This document shows positions 39,050 through 49,024 of a stretch of 64,000 nucleotides of DNA, piece after piece. Source of the DNA: Rubripirellula sp. (GTDB taxonomy: Bacteria; Planctomycetota; Planctomycetia; Pirellulales; Pirellulaceae). The DNA is taken from contig OZ244207.1 of the NCBI GenBank assembly GCA_965216875.1, positions 992,001 to 1,056,000 on the forward strand. The letters are read 5' to 3'. The translations under genes were made by a program, and so were the position numbers. Below the pieces are notes generated by a model that was not told the DNA's origin, searched no databases, and saw only the letters and a list, made by a program, of their open reading frames with translations. Position 1 is the stretch's first letter; each line of letters starts with the position of its first letter.

Positions 39050-40319
39050 TGATACCACGGCTTGTGCCCGAGAACGTTTCGATGGGGGAACCAAGTTGCT
39101 TGAGGATCGAGACGAACACGTCGCCAAGTTTCAAGGCATTTGAATCTTTGGCGTCCGTCGCAAGGTGCCGGCCGTGTTGGAATCCGCCGCCCGCGACAAG
39201 GGTTGGCAGGTCACGATTGGAATGTCGGCTTGCATCGCCCATCCCCGTGCCAAACATAACGACGGTGGTGTCGAGCAACGGACGGCCATCGGCGTCCGTT
39301 TTCTGTTTGAGTTGTGTCAAGAACCTTGCAAGGCACTTCATGTGTTCGGTTTCCACTCGAACCAAGTCCCGGATCAAATCGGGGTCGTTGCCATGATGCG
39401 ACAACGCATGGTATCCCGCGCGTAGCGTTTGGCCATCGAGCGTGAAGACTTGACCGAGTCCGGCGATAAACAGAGTTGCGACTCGAGTCGAATCCGTTTG
39501 CAGTGCCAACGCCATCAAGTCGAACATGATGCGTTCGCATTCAAGCATCAAGGTCGGCGCCACTGGATCATAGGCTGGCAATTCGTAATCGACCTGAACG
39601 GCATCGTCGGCCAGGTGATTGAGCTGTCGGCTCATCCGTTGTTCGAGTTCACGAAGCGACGTGAAATACTCTGACAGTTTTTGCTTGTCGTCCTTGTTGA
39701 CCGAACGCTCGAGTTGTTTGGCGTCTTCTCGAACCACATCGAGAGCGCTTCTTCCGCTCTTGAGCAAGTACTCCGTTCGTGCCCGGTCATCGGCGCTCGC
39801 AAACAGCTTTTTGTAAACCACGCTGGGCCGATTGATCATCGGCAACGGAACGCCTTGTCGCGTGAAAACCATGCGTTGTTTGGGGATGCCGCCGGCGCAC
39901 AGTTGTAAGGATTCGAATCGCGTCGATCTGCCGATGGTTTCGGCGGCGATCTGGTCGAGCGTGACATCGCCAACCCGCTGCCCACATAAAAAGTTGTCCC
40001 AGTTACGATGTCCGTTGGCGGCGCGATGATCGAAACCAGAGAAGACCGTGAAGTCATCGCGGTGCTGCTCAAGTGGTTCAAGGAGCGTGGTGGTTTTGTA
40101 GTTTTTGCCCGCTTGGTCGGGATAGAAAGCCTTGCGATACAAACCAAGGTTCGAGCCGACGCAGATCAGGCGTTTGGCTTTGCCTTCGTTCTCGCCGCCG
40201 TTTTCCGCCTCGTTTCGTTCCGAGGCGACGGCGCGTGGAGCCGACTGAAGCATCGGCAATGTCAGCGTCAGCCCAGCGGACTTGAGCACGGAACGGCGGT
40301 CGTTGTTGCTTGGTTTCAT
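39036..40319 (-). CDS. DUF1552 protein, copy 2
   Basis: DRRSVLK Tat-like leader; YHALSHH; GTGMGDASRHS. Confidence 0.9.
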   Translation of the reverse strand: MKPSNNDRRSVLKSAGLTLTLPMLQSAPRAVASERNEAENGGENEGKAKRLICVGSNLGLYRKAFYPDQAGKNYKTTTLLEPLEQHRDDFTVFSGFDHRAANGHRNWDNFLCGQRVGDVTLDQIAAETIGRSTRFESLQLCAGGIPKQRMVFTRQGVPLPMINRPSVVYKKLFASADDRARTEYLLKSGRSALDVVREDAKQLERSVNKDDKQKLSEYFTSLRELEQRMSRQLNHLADDAVQVDYELPAYDPVAPTLMLECERIMFDLMALALQTDSTRVATLFIAGLGQVFTLDGQTLRAGYHALSHHGNDPDLIRDLVRVETEHMKCLARFLTQLKQKTDADGRPLLDTTVVMFGTGMGDASRHSNRDLPTLVAGGGFQHGRHLATDAKDSNALKLGDVFVSILKQLGSPIETFSGTSRGINDWA

Positions 40320-40638
40320 GAGCATCCAACGCGATGAGGGGATTTGCGGCCAGTGGGCCAAGGTGGGACGCCTGAGTGAATGCTCTTCGAAGGAGTGGTT
40401 TCGACTCTGGCGGGAGCGAGACATCCAGGCTTTGAGGGGACCGTCAGCATACCCAAGACGTTCGGTCGAAGCAAAGTGAATTCGTCCACCAAGCCGTCGA
40501 TCGATCGTCATGAACAATGAGCTGAATCGCAGGCGTTTTTTTCGGCAGTTTGGGGCGATACGCCAAATAAGCTTTGGGCCGAATTCGATTCAATCGCAAG
40601 CCCCTTGCTTTCTTCTCGACTTCTACAGATTGATCTCA

Positions 40639-43122
40639 ATGCGATCACGACCACTTCGACTCTCGCTGCTTTGTGTGTTGCTGGCTTGTGCGGCGTTCGG
40701 CAAGACGCACGCTGAGAATCCGACCTTCGTTTTGTCTCTGTCTGGCGAGCGAAAGCTTGTCTCATACAGTATCAGCTCCGACGGTAAGCTCTCGCGGATG
40801 ACGGAAACTTCGTTGGAGGCCAGTCCAGGAAATTTCTGCGTTGATGCAACCGGACAACACCTCTATGTCGCTGGCAGCATTCCCGATTCGATTCATGTCT
40901 TGCGTTCGGGGCGCGACGGATTGAGGCCACTGCAATCGATTCCTGCGCCGGCCAAAGCAGCGTATCTATCGGTGTCACCATCGGGTCAATTCTTGCTGGG
41001 GGCGTACTACAAGACCGGGCAAGTGACCGTTCATCGGATTGTTGGCGAGGGAAGAACGTCGACCGACCCGTTACAGGTTCTTGATGTTGCGCCACGCGCG
41101 CACTGCATCGTCACCGATCCGAGCGGACGATACGCATTCGTTCCCCATACGAGCGCCAATCGAATCTCGCTATTCAAGTTTGATTCTACCAACGGCATAC
41201 TCTCCCCCAACGAACCCGAGGCGTTGCCGCGCGGCGAAAAAACAGGGCCGCGTCATCTCTGGTTCCACCCGTCCCGCGAGTATGCCTTTGGCAGCGACGA
41301 GCAAGGGCGGTCGTTGAGTCTGTATAAGCTGGATGAAGAATCGGGGAAGCTTAAGATCCTGCAGACCGTTTCCTCCGTGCCCAGTGACTACGAAGGCAAA
41401 GGCACAACATCGCATGTCGAATCGGGGCCATTGGGCAAGCACGTTTACATTGCCAACCGTGGGCACGGCTCGATCGGCGTCTTTAAGTTCAATCGAAAGA
41501 GAGAATCGCTGACGCTGCAACAGCATGTTGAGGTTGCAAAAAACGTACGTGGGTTCGCCGTTTCTTCGGACGGGCAATTCTTGGTCGCTGCTGGACAATC
41601 CTCCAATCAACTGATTTGCTTTCGCGTTGGTCGCGATGGCAATCTGACGATGACCGATAAGCAATCATGTGGCAAAACGCCTTGGTGGCTTCGTTTCTTG
41701 CCAAACCAGGCGGCCGCGGACGGAACTTTGGTCGACTACGATGCGATCGATCGATCGTTAACGCTCGGGCAAGGCACGATGGCCGGAGAAGTGACCGCTT
41801 CGAGCGCGCTGTTGCAAACGCGATTGACAAAGGGCAGTCAGCTCGATCGCGATGGTGGGATTCCCGGTGGCGACGGCATCGTGAGGTTTCAATGGTCTCT
41901 TGATGACGACTTTTCCGATGCGGCAACGACGCCGTTTCAAGTGACCGGTCCTTTAAGCGACTTCATCGCGCGTGCAAAGATCGATGGGTTGAAACCCGGA
42001 ACACGCTATTTCTATCGAGCCCACTACGGTCACACGAAAGAAACGACCAAGGCAGGACCAACCTGTAGCTTCAAGACGTTGCCGGGATCGGATTCCGAAC
42101 GCGACGTCACATTCATCGTGGGAAGCTGTATGAACTACATCAAATTCATGCATGGGCGACGCGGCAATGCAGGCGGTCCGTTGACGGCGACGCCCGAAGA
42201 CAAGCGGCTCGGCTTTCCGGCATTCGCTTCGATGCGATCATTGCATCCCGAGTTCTTCATTGGTACCGGAGACATCGTCTACTACGACAATCCGTACCGC
42301 GTCGCACGTACCGTTTCTCAACTTCGTAAGTGTTGGCAAGAACAGTTTCGGTTTCCTCGGATGGTTCAGTTCTTTGCCGACGTGCCGACCTATTGGTCCA
42401 AAGACGACCATGACTTTCGCTTCAATGATTCCGATAACGAAACCAATCGCATCCCGCTGCCTAAGACGGGGATCGATATGTTCCGCGAGCAGTTGCCGAT
42501 CGCGGAAAGTGGCGTGTTCGATACGCCAAACTATCGGACCTTCCGCGTTTCAAAACATCTGCAGATCTGGTTGACCGAAGGACGCGATCATCGATCGGCC
42601 AACAACGATCCGGATGGTCCGGAAAAGACGATGTGGGGAAAAGAACAGCTTCAGTGGCTCAAGACGACACTGGTTGAAAGTGATGCGACATGGAAAGTGA
42701 TGGTCAACCCAACGCCAATGGTCGGCCCGGACGACGCCTACAAAAGCGACAATCATGCGAATCTGTTGGGCTTCCGACACGAGGCGGACGCCTTCTTTGA
42801 TTGGACGCGTCAAAAGGGAATCGAGAACTTGTTCTTGGTCTGTGGTGATCGTCATTGGCAATACCACAGCATCCATCCGCTCGGCATCAACGAATTCGCA
42901 TGCGGGGCGCTTAACGACGAGAACTCGCGGATGGGGGTTCCGCCGGGAGCCGATTACGGAAGCGATCCTGATGGCAAAGTCAAACAGCCCTACACGTCGT
43001 CCGAGCCAAGTGGTGGCTTCTTGCGCATTGAGGCTGGGAAGCGTCTACGGATGACGCACTTTAGCGACGACGGTGATCAGCTCTATCAGGCCGTTTTTCC
43101 GTCAGATGTTGGGGGCTCGTGA
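40639..43122 (+). CDS. Fusion of 6-phosphogluconolactonase-like beta-propeller and PhoD-like phosphatase
   Basis: N-half RAHCI..DPSG, GPRHLWFHP, YIANRGH; C-half GEVT, GSC, GDIVYYD, DDHD, GDRH. Confidence 0.85.
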   Translation: MRSRPLRLSLLCVLLACAAFGKTHAENPTFVLSLSGERKLVSYSISSDGKLSRMTETSLEASPGNFCVDATGQHLYVAGSIPDSIHVLRSGRDGLRPLQSIPAPAKAAYLSVSPSGQFLLGAYYKTGQVTVHRIVGEGRTSTDPLQVLDVAPRAHCIVTDPSGRYAFVPHTSANRISLFKFDSTNGILSPNEPEALPRGEKTGPRHLWFHPSREYAFGSDEQGRSLSLYKLDEESGKLKILQTVSSVPSDYEGKGTTSHVESGPLGKHVYIANRGHGSIGVFKFNRKRESLTLQQHVEVAKNVRGFAVSSDGQFLVAAGQSSNQLICFRVGRDGNLTMTDKQSCGKTPWWLRFLPNQAAADGTLVDYDAIDRSLTLGQGTMAGEVTASSALLQTRLTKGSQLDRDGGIPGGDGIVRFQWSLDDDFSDAATTPFQVTGPLSDFIARAKIDGLKPGTRYFYRAHYGHTKETTKAGPTCSFKTLPGSDSERDVTFIVGSCMNYIKFMHGRRGNAGGPLTATPEDKRLGFPAFASMRSLHPEFFIGTGDIVYYDNPYRVARTVSQLRKCWQEQFRFPRMVQFFADVPTYWSKDDHDFRFNDSDNETNRIPLPKTGIDMFREQLPIAESGVFDTPNYRTFRVSKHLQIWLTEGRDHRSANNDPDGPEKTMWGKEQLQWLKTTLVESDATWKVMVNPTPMVGPDDAYKSDNHANLLGFRHEADAFFDWTRQKGIENLFLVCGDRHWQYHSIHPLGINEFACGALNDENSRMGVPPGADYGSDPDGKVKQPYTSSEPSGGFLRIEAGKRLRMTHFSDDGDQLYQAVFPSDVGGS

Positions 43123-43190
43123 AGAGGGAACCACGAATGGTACGAATCGAACGAATGAAGATCGCGTACCGCCTTTCGTGCGGAATCCAA

Positions 43191-43269
43191 GTGAGCCGCT
43201 GGCCGTCAGGCCTCGGGCCCTTTGGCGCGCGTAGGAGTGTGAGGCCCGACGCAAGCGCGCTGGGCTCAT
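43191..43269. repeat. Inverted doublet, family C
   Basis: GTGAGCCG...CGGGC and AGGCCCGACGCAAGCGCG..GGCTCA. Confidence 0.65.
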
Positions 43270-43343
43270 TGAAGGGCCGTTTGTCATTGACTGACTCTCG
43301 CGTCTAGAATCATGACATTGGTTCGAGCGTACGGAGTGGAACG

Positions 43344-43901
43344 ATGACGACACTGTTTGCGAATCCTTATGAGGCGCCCAATACCGAGTCACTTGTGGAC
43401 GTTCACCCGACGCGTGAACGGTTTGCGATGCTGCCGCGGCTCGATTGGTTCACCGGTTCGGTGCTTGCCTCGAGTTTCGCAAGTGCGATTGGAATCTATC
43501 TCTATTTCACCCAAGGAATCTCGTCGATTGGTGACCCAATCTTAGCTCCCCTCGCGGCGCAAACGATCGTGTGGATTCCCATCTACCGGATGGCCACACC
43601 GGCACTCGTGCTTTTCATGCCGCAAACGAGCCGCCGTGCGTTTGGTCTGTTTCACCTCGTCATTAGCATCGGCGCGTGCGTGAATGATTTTGGTGGCGTC
43701 TATTTTGGGGAATGGGTGTTCGTATCGGCCATTGGACTCATCCCTAGCTTCCTGTTTTGTGTGACGCTGGGGATTGCTGTCTTTGCCTACGAGCTCTGGA
43801 AGGCCGAGCGTCGTACCCAGGTGATCGTGCATGGCTTTGGCTGGCTTGCAATCACCCTTGGTTTGCAAACGATGTTCTGGATGATCGGGATGGCCGCGTA
43901 G
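43344..43901 (+). CDS. Membrane protein with planctomycete-type NPY N-terminus
   Basis: NPYEAP motif and multiple TM segments. Confidence 0.7.
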   Translation: MTTLFANPYEAPNTESLVDVHPTRERFAMLPRLDWFTGSVLASSFASAIGIYLYFTQGISSIGDPILAPLAAQTIVWIPIYRMATPALVLFMPQTSRRAFGLFHLVISIGACVNDFGGVYFGEWVFVSAIGLIPSFLFCVTLGIAVFAYELWKAERRTQVIVHGFGWLAITLGLQTMFWMIGMAA

Positions 43902-43984
43902 CGGTTCGTCAACGCCAGCTGCAAGACCCGGCCGCTTACGCGATCACGGCTGACTGGTTTCGTTCGAGGTGCCAAACTTTCGCA

Positions 43985-44344
43985 TCAACGAAAGTCAGCG
44001 AACAACACGTCAGGGCCGCTGGTCGGTTTCTTCTTGGCGACCTTTTCGGTCTGGGCTGATACCTGTTTGATCAATCCAGGTTCGGCATCGCCCAATTCGG
44101 CATCGCCCAGTCCGGCATCGCCCAGTCCGGCGACTGCGGATTCGCTGCCCATCGCATGATCGCCCATCGCTTTGTCACTCAGGGTCAGGCTGCAGCTTCC
44201 GTCGGCACAGGCGGCACCGTCGGTTCCCGCTTTGCTGAATGGGTTTGGCAAAGGCGTGTCGAGGGATCGGCATCCAGCGAATGTGAAGCTGGTGATTAGA
44301 GCAACGGTCGCGGCCAGAATTTTTGGTGTTTGGGAGAAACGCAT
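43985..44344 (-). CDS. Small lipoprotein with CADGSC motif and GLGDA repeats
   Basis: Lipobox FAGC; 15-bp tandem repeat x3.4 at 44081-44131. Confidence 0.65.
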   Translation of the reverse strand: MRFSQTPKILAATVALITSFTFAGCRSLDTPLPNPFSKAGTDGAACADGSCSLTLSDKAMGDHAMGSESAVAGLGDAGLGDAELGDAEPGLIKQVSAQTEKVAKKKPTSGPDVLFADFR

Positions 44345-44712
44345 GTGGGATATCCCGGGTATTGGTTTGGAGGACGGCAAAGCGATGGAGTGTGGAGGCG
44401 ATTTGGTCTGATCTATCGGTTTTTTGTCCCTCAAGGCAATGTGAGATCGTCAACAACTTGCGGGAAAAACGTTGTGTTTTTGAAGTCAAAGCGTTTTAAA
44501 CGGTTTGTGGCGGGCTTAGCTGACAGATGTCCATTAAAGAGTTGCACGGACCGTCTGAGCGGTCGCAGGATCCGTCCGCAGGCTGCCCTTCACAAAGTCT
44601 TAACACGGCCAACGCCCGCTCGACGTCGAATCTTCATGACTCCCAAAAGGCAATTGACCCCGTGATTCACTCTTCGCATCAAGCCCCATCAAATCGCATC
44701 GCATCGATCAAC

Positions 44713-45426
44713 ATGGAATCATCAGAGGGGTCAAGCGGAGTCGAGCACAGCTGGCTGGCTCGACGAAATCCACTATTCAGCTCGCTCTATCCGCAGCAAG
44801 TGAGCGAGATTGAGTCGGCGATCAGTTACCGTGACTTTTCAAAGGGCTCGGCAATCTATTCGCCTGGCGATCAAGCCGATCACCTTTGCTTGTTGGAACG
44901 TGGGCGGGTGAAGCTCTGTAGCACTTCGGCCAGTGGGAAGCAGGCGATTCTGCGTTTCGTTGAGTCGGGTGAGATTTTTGGTGAGCTCGCCATCGTTGGG
45001 CAAACGCAGCGTGAAGAAATCGCAGAAGCGGCCGCCGACACGCGTGTCGCACTGTTGCCGGTTCAGCGACTGCGCCCCGTGGTGCGATCCAACTCAGATT
45101 TTGCTTTCATGTTGATGGAGTTGATTGCGACTCGCCGACGTGCTGCAGAACGCCGGGTCAAATCATTGCTGTTTCACAGCAGTCGCGATCGCTTGATCCA
45201 TCTGCTGACGGAACTCGCGCAGCAGTACGGTGCCGTCGAGGGCGGTGCTGAGAACCCGATTCGGATGTCGCACCTTGATGTAGCCAGCATCATTGGCAGC
45301 ACCCGTGAAACCGTGACGACGTTGCTGGGCGAATTGCAACTGCAAGGTTTGATACGTGTGAAACGTCAGCGTATCGAGATTTTGGATTACAAGGCCCTTA
45401 CGGCCGAGGCCGCACTTCCAGCGTGA
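44713..45426 (+). CDS. Crp/Fnr family transcriptional regulator
   Basis: cNMP domain GEIFGE; HTH ASIIGSTRETVT; start estimated. Confidence 0.92.
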   Translation: MESSEGSSGVEHSWLARRNPLFSSLYPQQVSEIESAISYRDFSKGSAIYSPGDQADHLCLLERGRVKLCSTSASGKQAILRFVESGEIFGELAIVGQTQREEIAEAAADTRVALLPVQRLRPVVRSNSDFAFMLMELIATRRRAAERRVKSLLFHSSRDRLIHLLTELAQQYGAVEGGAENPIRMSHLDVASIIGSTRETVTTLLGELQLQGLIRVKRQRIEILDYKALTAEAALPA

Positions 45427-45580
45427 TTCGAATCACGCTGGCCGCATTTTGGCGGCGGCTGTGTCGAACCAAGCGTCATTGAAAGTTCCCCTGGCGACGA
45501 TCCCTCCGAAATGGTTATGGGATGGTTGTCGCCAGAAGTAGGAACTCTCTGACGCTCAACCCTTTACGGATATCGACACA

Positions 45581-45997
45581 ATGATTCGTGCATTTCGTGT
45601 GGCATTGCTTGTGCCCACCCTCGCTGTAATCACTCTCGCTTCAGCAAGTCGCGCTCAAGCTGAAACCAGCTGGCACACGACGCCCAAAGCGGCCTTCGAT
45701 GCGGCCCAAGCGAGCGGCAAGCCGATCTTGGTCTTTGCCAGTGCAACTTGGTGTGGCCCGTGTCAAAAAATGAAAAAGGACACCTGGGCCGATGCAACGG
45801 TTGAAGCCGTTGTTGCCGGGAACTTTGAGATGCTGAAGCTGGATGGGGACAAACACCGCAAGCTGCTCAAGAAGATGAAGGTGAGCGCTTTCCCAACCAC
45901 GTTGCTCTATTCGCCTGGCGGCCACTACGCCGACATGCATGAAGGGTACGCCGCGCCGCTGAAGTTGTTGACGTGGCTCAAGCAACAGCAGCCGTAG
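45581..45997 (+). CDS. Secreted thioredoxin-family protein
   Basis: WCGPC active site, cis-Pro FPT, signal peptide. Confidence 0.9.
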   Translation: MIRAFRVALLVPTLAVITLASASRAQAETSWHTTPKAAFDAAQASGKPILVFASATWCGPCQKMKKDTWADATVEAVVAGNFEMLKLDGDKHRKLLKKMKVSAFPTTLLYSPGGHYADMHEGYAAPLKLLTWLKQQQP

Positions 45998-45999
45998 GT

Positions 46000-46170
46000 G
46001 ATCGTCGCCTTCGTTGGAAGGTGATTTGTTTCGCCGGACCGGTCTCTGTTGTCCCACGCTCTGGCGAGCGTAGCTACGGTGGCTCCTAGTGCGTAGCTAC
46101 CTTCGCCAGAAGGTGGTTTGTTGCGCTGGACCGGTCTCTGTTGCCCCACGCTCTGGCGAGCGTAGGTACG
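46000..46170. repeat. Two tandem REP doublets, family E
   Basis: GGACCGGTCTCTGTTG.CCCACGCTCTGGCGAGCGTAG.TACG occurs twice, about 92 bp apart. Confidence 0.75.
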
Positions 46171-46202
46171 AAGAGAAGCCCGGCAGCTGACGTGATTGCG
46201 GC

Positions 46203-47657
46203 TCACTGATTGGCCGATTCCTTTGCGGCGCGTTCGATTGCGGCGATCGTTTCGGGCGAGGGCTTGAAGGAACCGGGGCGATAGCCTTGGGCAATCTTCT
46301 TGGGTGTCCAGCCGTGTTTGTTCTTGTGGTTCCACGTCTCGGGATCGGCACCAAGGTCGGCCAGGAAATCAACGACGTCGGGAAAGGTTCGATAGGCTGC
46401 GCCATGCATCGGCGTTTCGAGATTCTTGTCGACCGTGTTCACATCGCCGCCACGATCGACCAACCACTGAATGGTTGCGATCACTTCGGCCGGCGTTCCC
46501 GGGTGTTCGTCAACTGCGGTCACACCCACACCGGCGGCAGCCATCAAGGGCGTGCAGCCATCTTTGTTGGGGCGATGCAGGTCCGCACCCAATTCCTCAA
46601 GTAATTCCATGAGCTGTAAGTCGCACCGTTTGGCGGCAAACAAGAAGGGCGTGCCACCCTGTGGATGCAGTCCGGCTTTGCCAGCCGAGCCGCGTCGCAA
46701 TTGCAGGTTCACATCCGCGCCGTTGGCGACCATCACTCGTACAAACTCAAGGCTCGTCAGTTTGCCTGAACCACGTGGTGGTGGATCGCCATCGACCCCG
46801 TCACCGCGGTTGGCTCGTCGTACCCAAGCGAGCGCATGAAGTGGTCCGTAGCCGCTGCGCTGATCATTCGGGTCAGCACCGGCTTTGACTAATTCCACCG
46901 CCATTTCGAAGTGTCCACTTTCGACGGCCAACAACAATGCGGACATTCGACTTCGCGGATTGCGGCCACTGGTGTTGGCTGGCTTCATCGCGTCGTTGAC
47001 ATCGACCCCCGCTTCGAGCAGTCGTTTGACTGCGCCGATGCGACCATGACGCGCCGCGAACAGGGTCGCGGTGAAGCCCGATTTGATCGACAGGTTTGGG
47101 TCGGCACCCGCGTCAAGTAATGCATCCACCGCGTCGACGTTTCCTTCGGCGGCTGCCCACATCAACGCGGTTTGGCCACGATGATCTTTGGCATCGAGTT
47201 CAGCGCCGCCGTCAATCAGGTATTGGACTGCCTTCCGCTCGCCTGTGCGGCTGGCTGTCATCAAGGGTGTTTCGTTACCGGGCAAACGGTGGTCAAGTTT
47301 TGCACCGGCATCGACCAAAAGCTTTACCAATGCCGCGTCGCCGCTGGTGCAGGCGATCGACAGCGGTGTGACCTTGTAAGCCGTTTCGGCATTCACATCG
47401 GCGTTTGCGCTAACAAGCTTTTGGGCCGCATCGGAATTGCCCCAGTAGACGGCCCAGTGCAGCGCCGTCATTCCGTCCGGCTGCGTTGCATTGATGTTGG
47501 ACTTCGAATCGAGTAGCTGTCCGAGAGCCGCCCAATCCTTGTTCTCGCTCGCATCGGCCAGCAACGGCGTCAAGTCGGCAGCGATGACATGCGGGCAGGC
47601 AAACAGAGAAACCAACAGAGCAATGGCGACGCTGCGGCTGCTAACAAACTGAATCAT
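46203..47657 (-). CDS. Secreted ankyrin-repeat protein
   Basis: Many G.TALH.A...GADVN repeats. Confidence 0.92.
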   Translation of the reverse strand: MIQFVSSRSVAIALLVSLFACPHVIAADLTPLLADASENKDWAALGQLLDSKSNINATQPDGMTALHWAVYWGNSDAAQKLVSANADVNAETAYKVTPLSIACTSGDAALVKLLVDAGAKLDHRLPGNETPLMTASRTGERKAVQYLIDGGAELDAKDHRGQTALMWAAAEGNVDAVDALLDAGADPNLSIKSGFTATLFAARHGRIGAVKRLLEAGVDVNDAMKPANTSGRNPRSRMSALLLAVESGHFEMAVELVKAGADPNDQRSGYGPLHALAWVRRANRGDGVDGDPPPRGSGKLTSLEFVRVMVANGADVNLQLRRGSAGKAGLHPQGGTPFLFAAKRCDLQLMELLEELGADLHRPNKDGCTPLMAAAGVGVTAVDEHPGTPAEVIATIQWLVDRGGDVNTVDKNLETPMHGAAYRTFPDVVDFLADLGADPETWNHKNKHGWTPKKIAQGYRPGSFKPSPETIAAIERAAKESANQ

Positions 47658-47677
47658 GGATCGAACGCAGGATTGGG

Positions 47678-49024
47678 CTACAGCGAGACGGGGTCAAAAA
47701 GGTCTTCCACGCGCCCACTGGCGTCGGCGAACGTTTCGATTGGCACACCCGCTTTGTTCAGCAGCGTGAGGTGCAAATTGGCCAACGGTGTTGGATCCTT
47801 GTATCGAATGTGTTGGCCGCCGCGCATGTTTCCAGCGGCGCCGCCAGCAACCAAGATTGGCAGGTTCGAGTGGTCATGAGCGTCGGGATCGCCCATGCCA
47901 CTGCCATACATGTAAATCGAATGATCGAGGAGCGATCCATCGGCTTCGGGCGTGGCGGCCATCTTCTCGAGGAAGTAGGCGAATAGCGAAACGTGGAACT
48001 GGTTGATTTTGGCAACCTTGGCGAGCTTTTCAGGATTGTTGCCGTGGTGAGTCACCGGGTGATGCGGTTCGGGCACTCCGATTTCGGGATAGGTCCGTGT
48101 GCTTGCTTCGCGAGCCAGTTGGAAAGAAACGACACGAGTGATGTCGGCTTGGAAGGCGAGGACTTGAAGATCGAACATCAACTTGGCGTGCTCTTCGTAG
48201 GCGGCCGGCACACCCACGGGACGATCCAAGTCGGGAAGCGGGTTGTCTTTGACGCTCGCTTCGGCCTTTTGGATGCGGCGCTCGACTTCGCGGATCGACG
48301 TGAAGTACGAATCAACCTTCTCGCGATCGTTTGCGCCGAGTTGGTTCTTCAGACGCTTCATTTCGTTGGTGACCGAATCGAGCAAACTTGCACGTTTCTT
48401 GAGTGCCGCCTCACGCTCGGTCGCCGAACCCCCTTCGCCGAACAGCGACTCAAAGACGATGCGCGGATGTGCTTCGGAAGGCAGGGGCGTGGTTGGCGAA
48501 GACCAAGACAGGTTGTTCTGGTAAACGCAGGCGTAACCGTTGTCGCATTGGCCAACGGTCGTCAGGAGGTCCATCGAAAGTTCGAGTGATGGCAATTGTG
48601 TGTCTTGGCCGATCTTTCGCGCTGCGATCTGGTCGACCGTTGTGCCAAGGTAATAGTCCGAGCTTTCGGTGAGTTTGGCTCGCGCGGCACTCAAGAAGGC
48701 CGAGTTCGAAGTGGCGTGGGAGCCGGGGTAGGCGTTTTGCAGGTCCATGCCCGTCAGCACGGTCACTTGGTCTTTGACCGATTCAAGCGGCTTGAGACTC
48801 GATGGCAATTGATCGAGCGTATTGTCTTTAGGAATCCACTCGGCGGGATTGAATCCCATCGGGATGTAGATGTACCCGAGGCGTCGCAGATTGTTGGGCG
48901 CCGCGACGGTGTTGGCCGAAGCGGTCATCGCGGGGATCATTGCATCGAGAAGCGGCAGGGCCAAGGCCGCGCCGGTTCCACGCAAAACGGTTCGTCGTGA
49001 CAGTGCTTTCCGTGATACGATCAA
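47678..49024 (-). CDS. DUF1552 protein, copy 3
   Basis: LSRRTVLRG Tat-like leader; CDNGYACVY; HHPVTHH. Confidence 0.9.
   Translation of the reverse strand: MIVSRKALSRRTVLRGTGAALALPLLDAMIPAMTASANTVAAPNNLRRLGYIYIPMGFNPAEWIPKDNTLDQLPSSLKPLESVKDQVTVLTGMDLQNAYPGSHATSNSAFLSAARAKLTESSDYYLGTTVDQIAARKIGQDTQLPSLELSMDLLTTVGQCDNGYACVYQNNLSWSSPTTPLPSEAHPRIVFESLFGEGGSATEREAALKKRASLLDSVTNEMKRLKNQLGANDREKVDSYFTSIREVERRIQKAEASVKDNPLPDLDRPVGVPAAYEEHAKLMFDLQVLAFQADITRVVSFQLAREASTRTYPEIGVPEPHHPVTHHGNNPEKLAKVAKINQFHVSLFAYFLEKMAATPEADGSLLDHSIYMYGSGMGDPDAHDHSNLPILVAGGAAGNMRGGQHIRYKDPTPLANLHLTLLNKAGVPIETFADASGRVEDLFDPVSL

Noticed and set aside
46000..46170. Possible mini CRISPR array
   Set aside because: Two near-identical units including the would-be spacers, REP-type ends, no cas genes.
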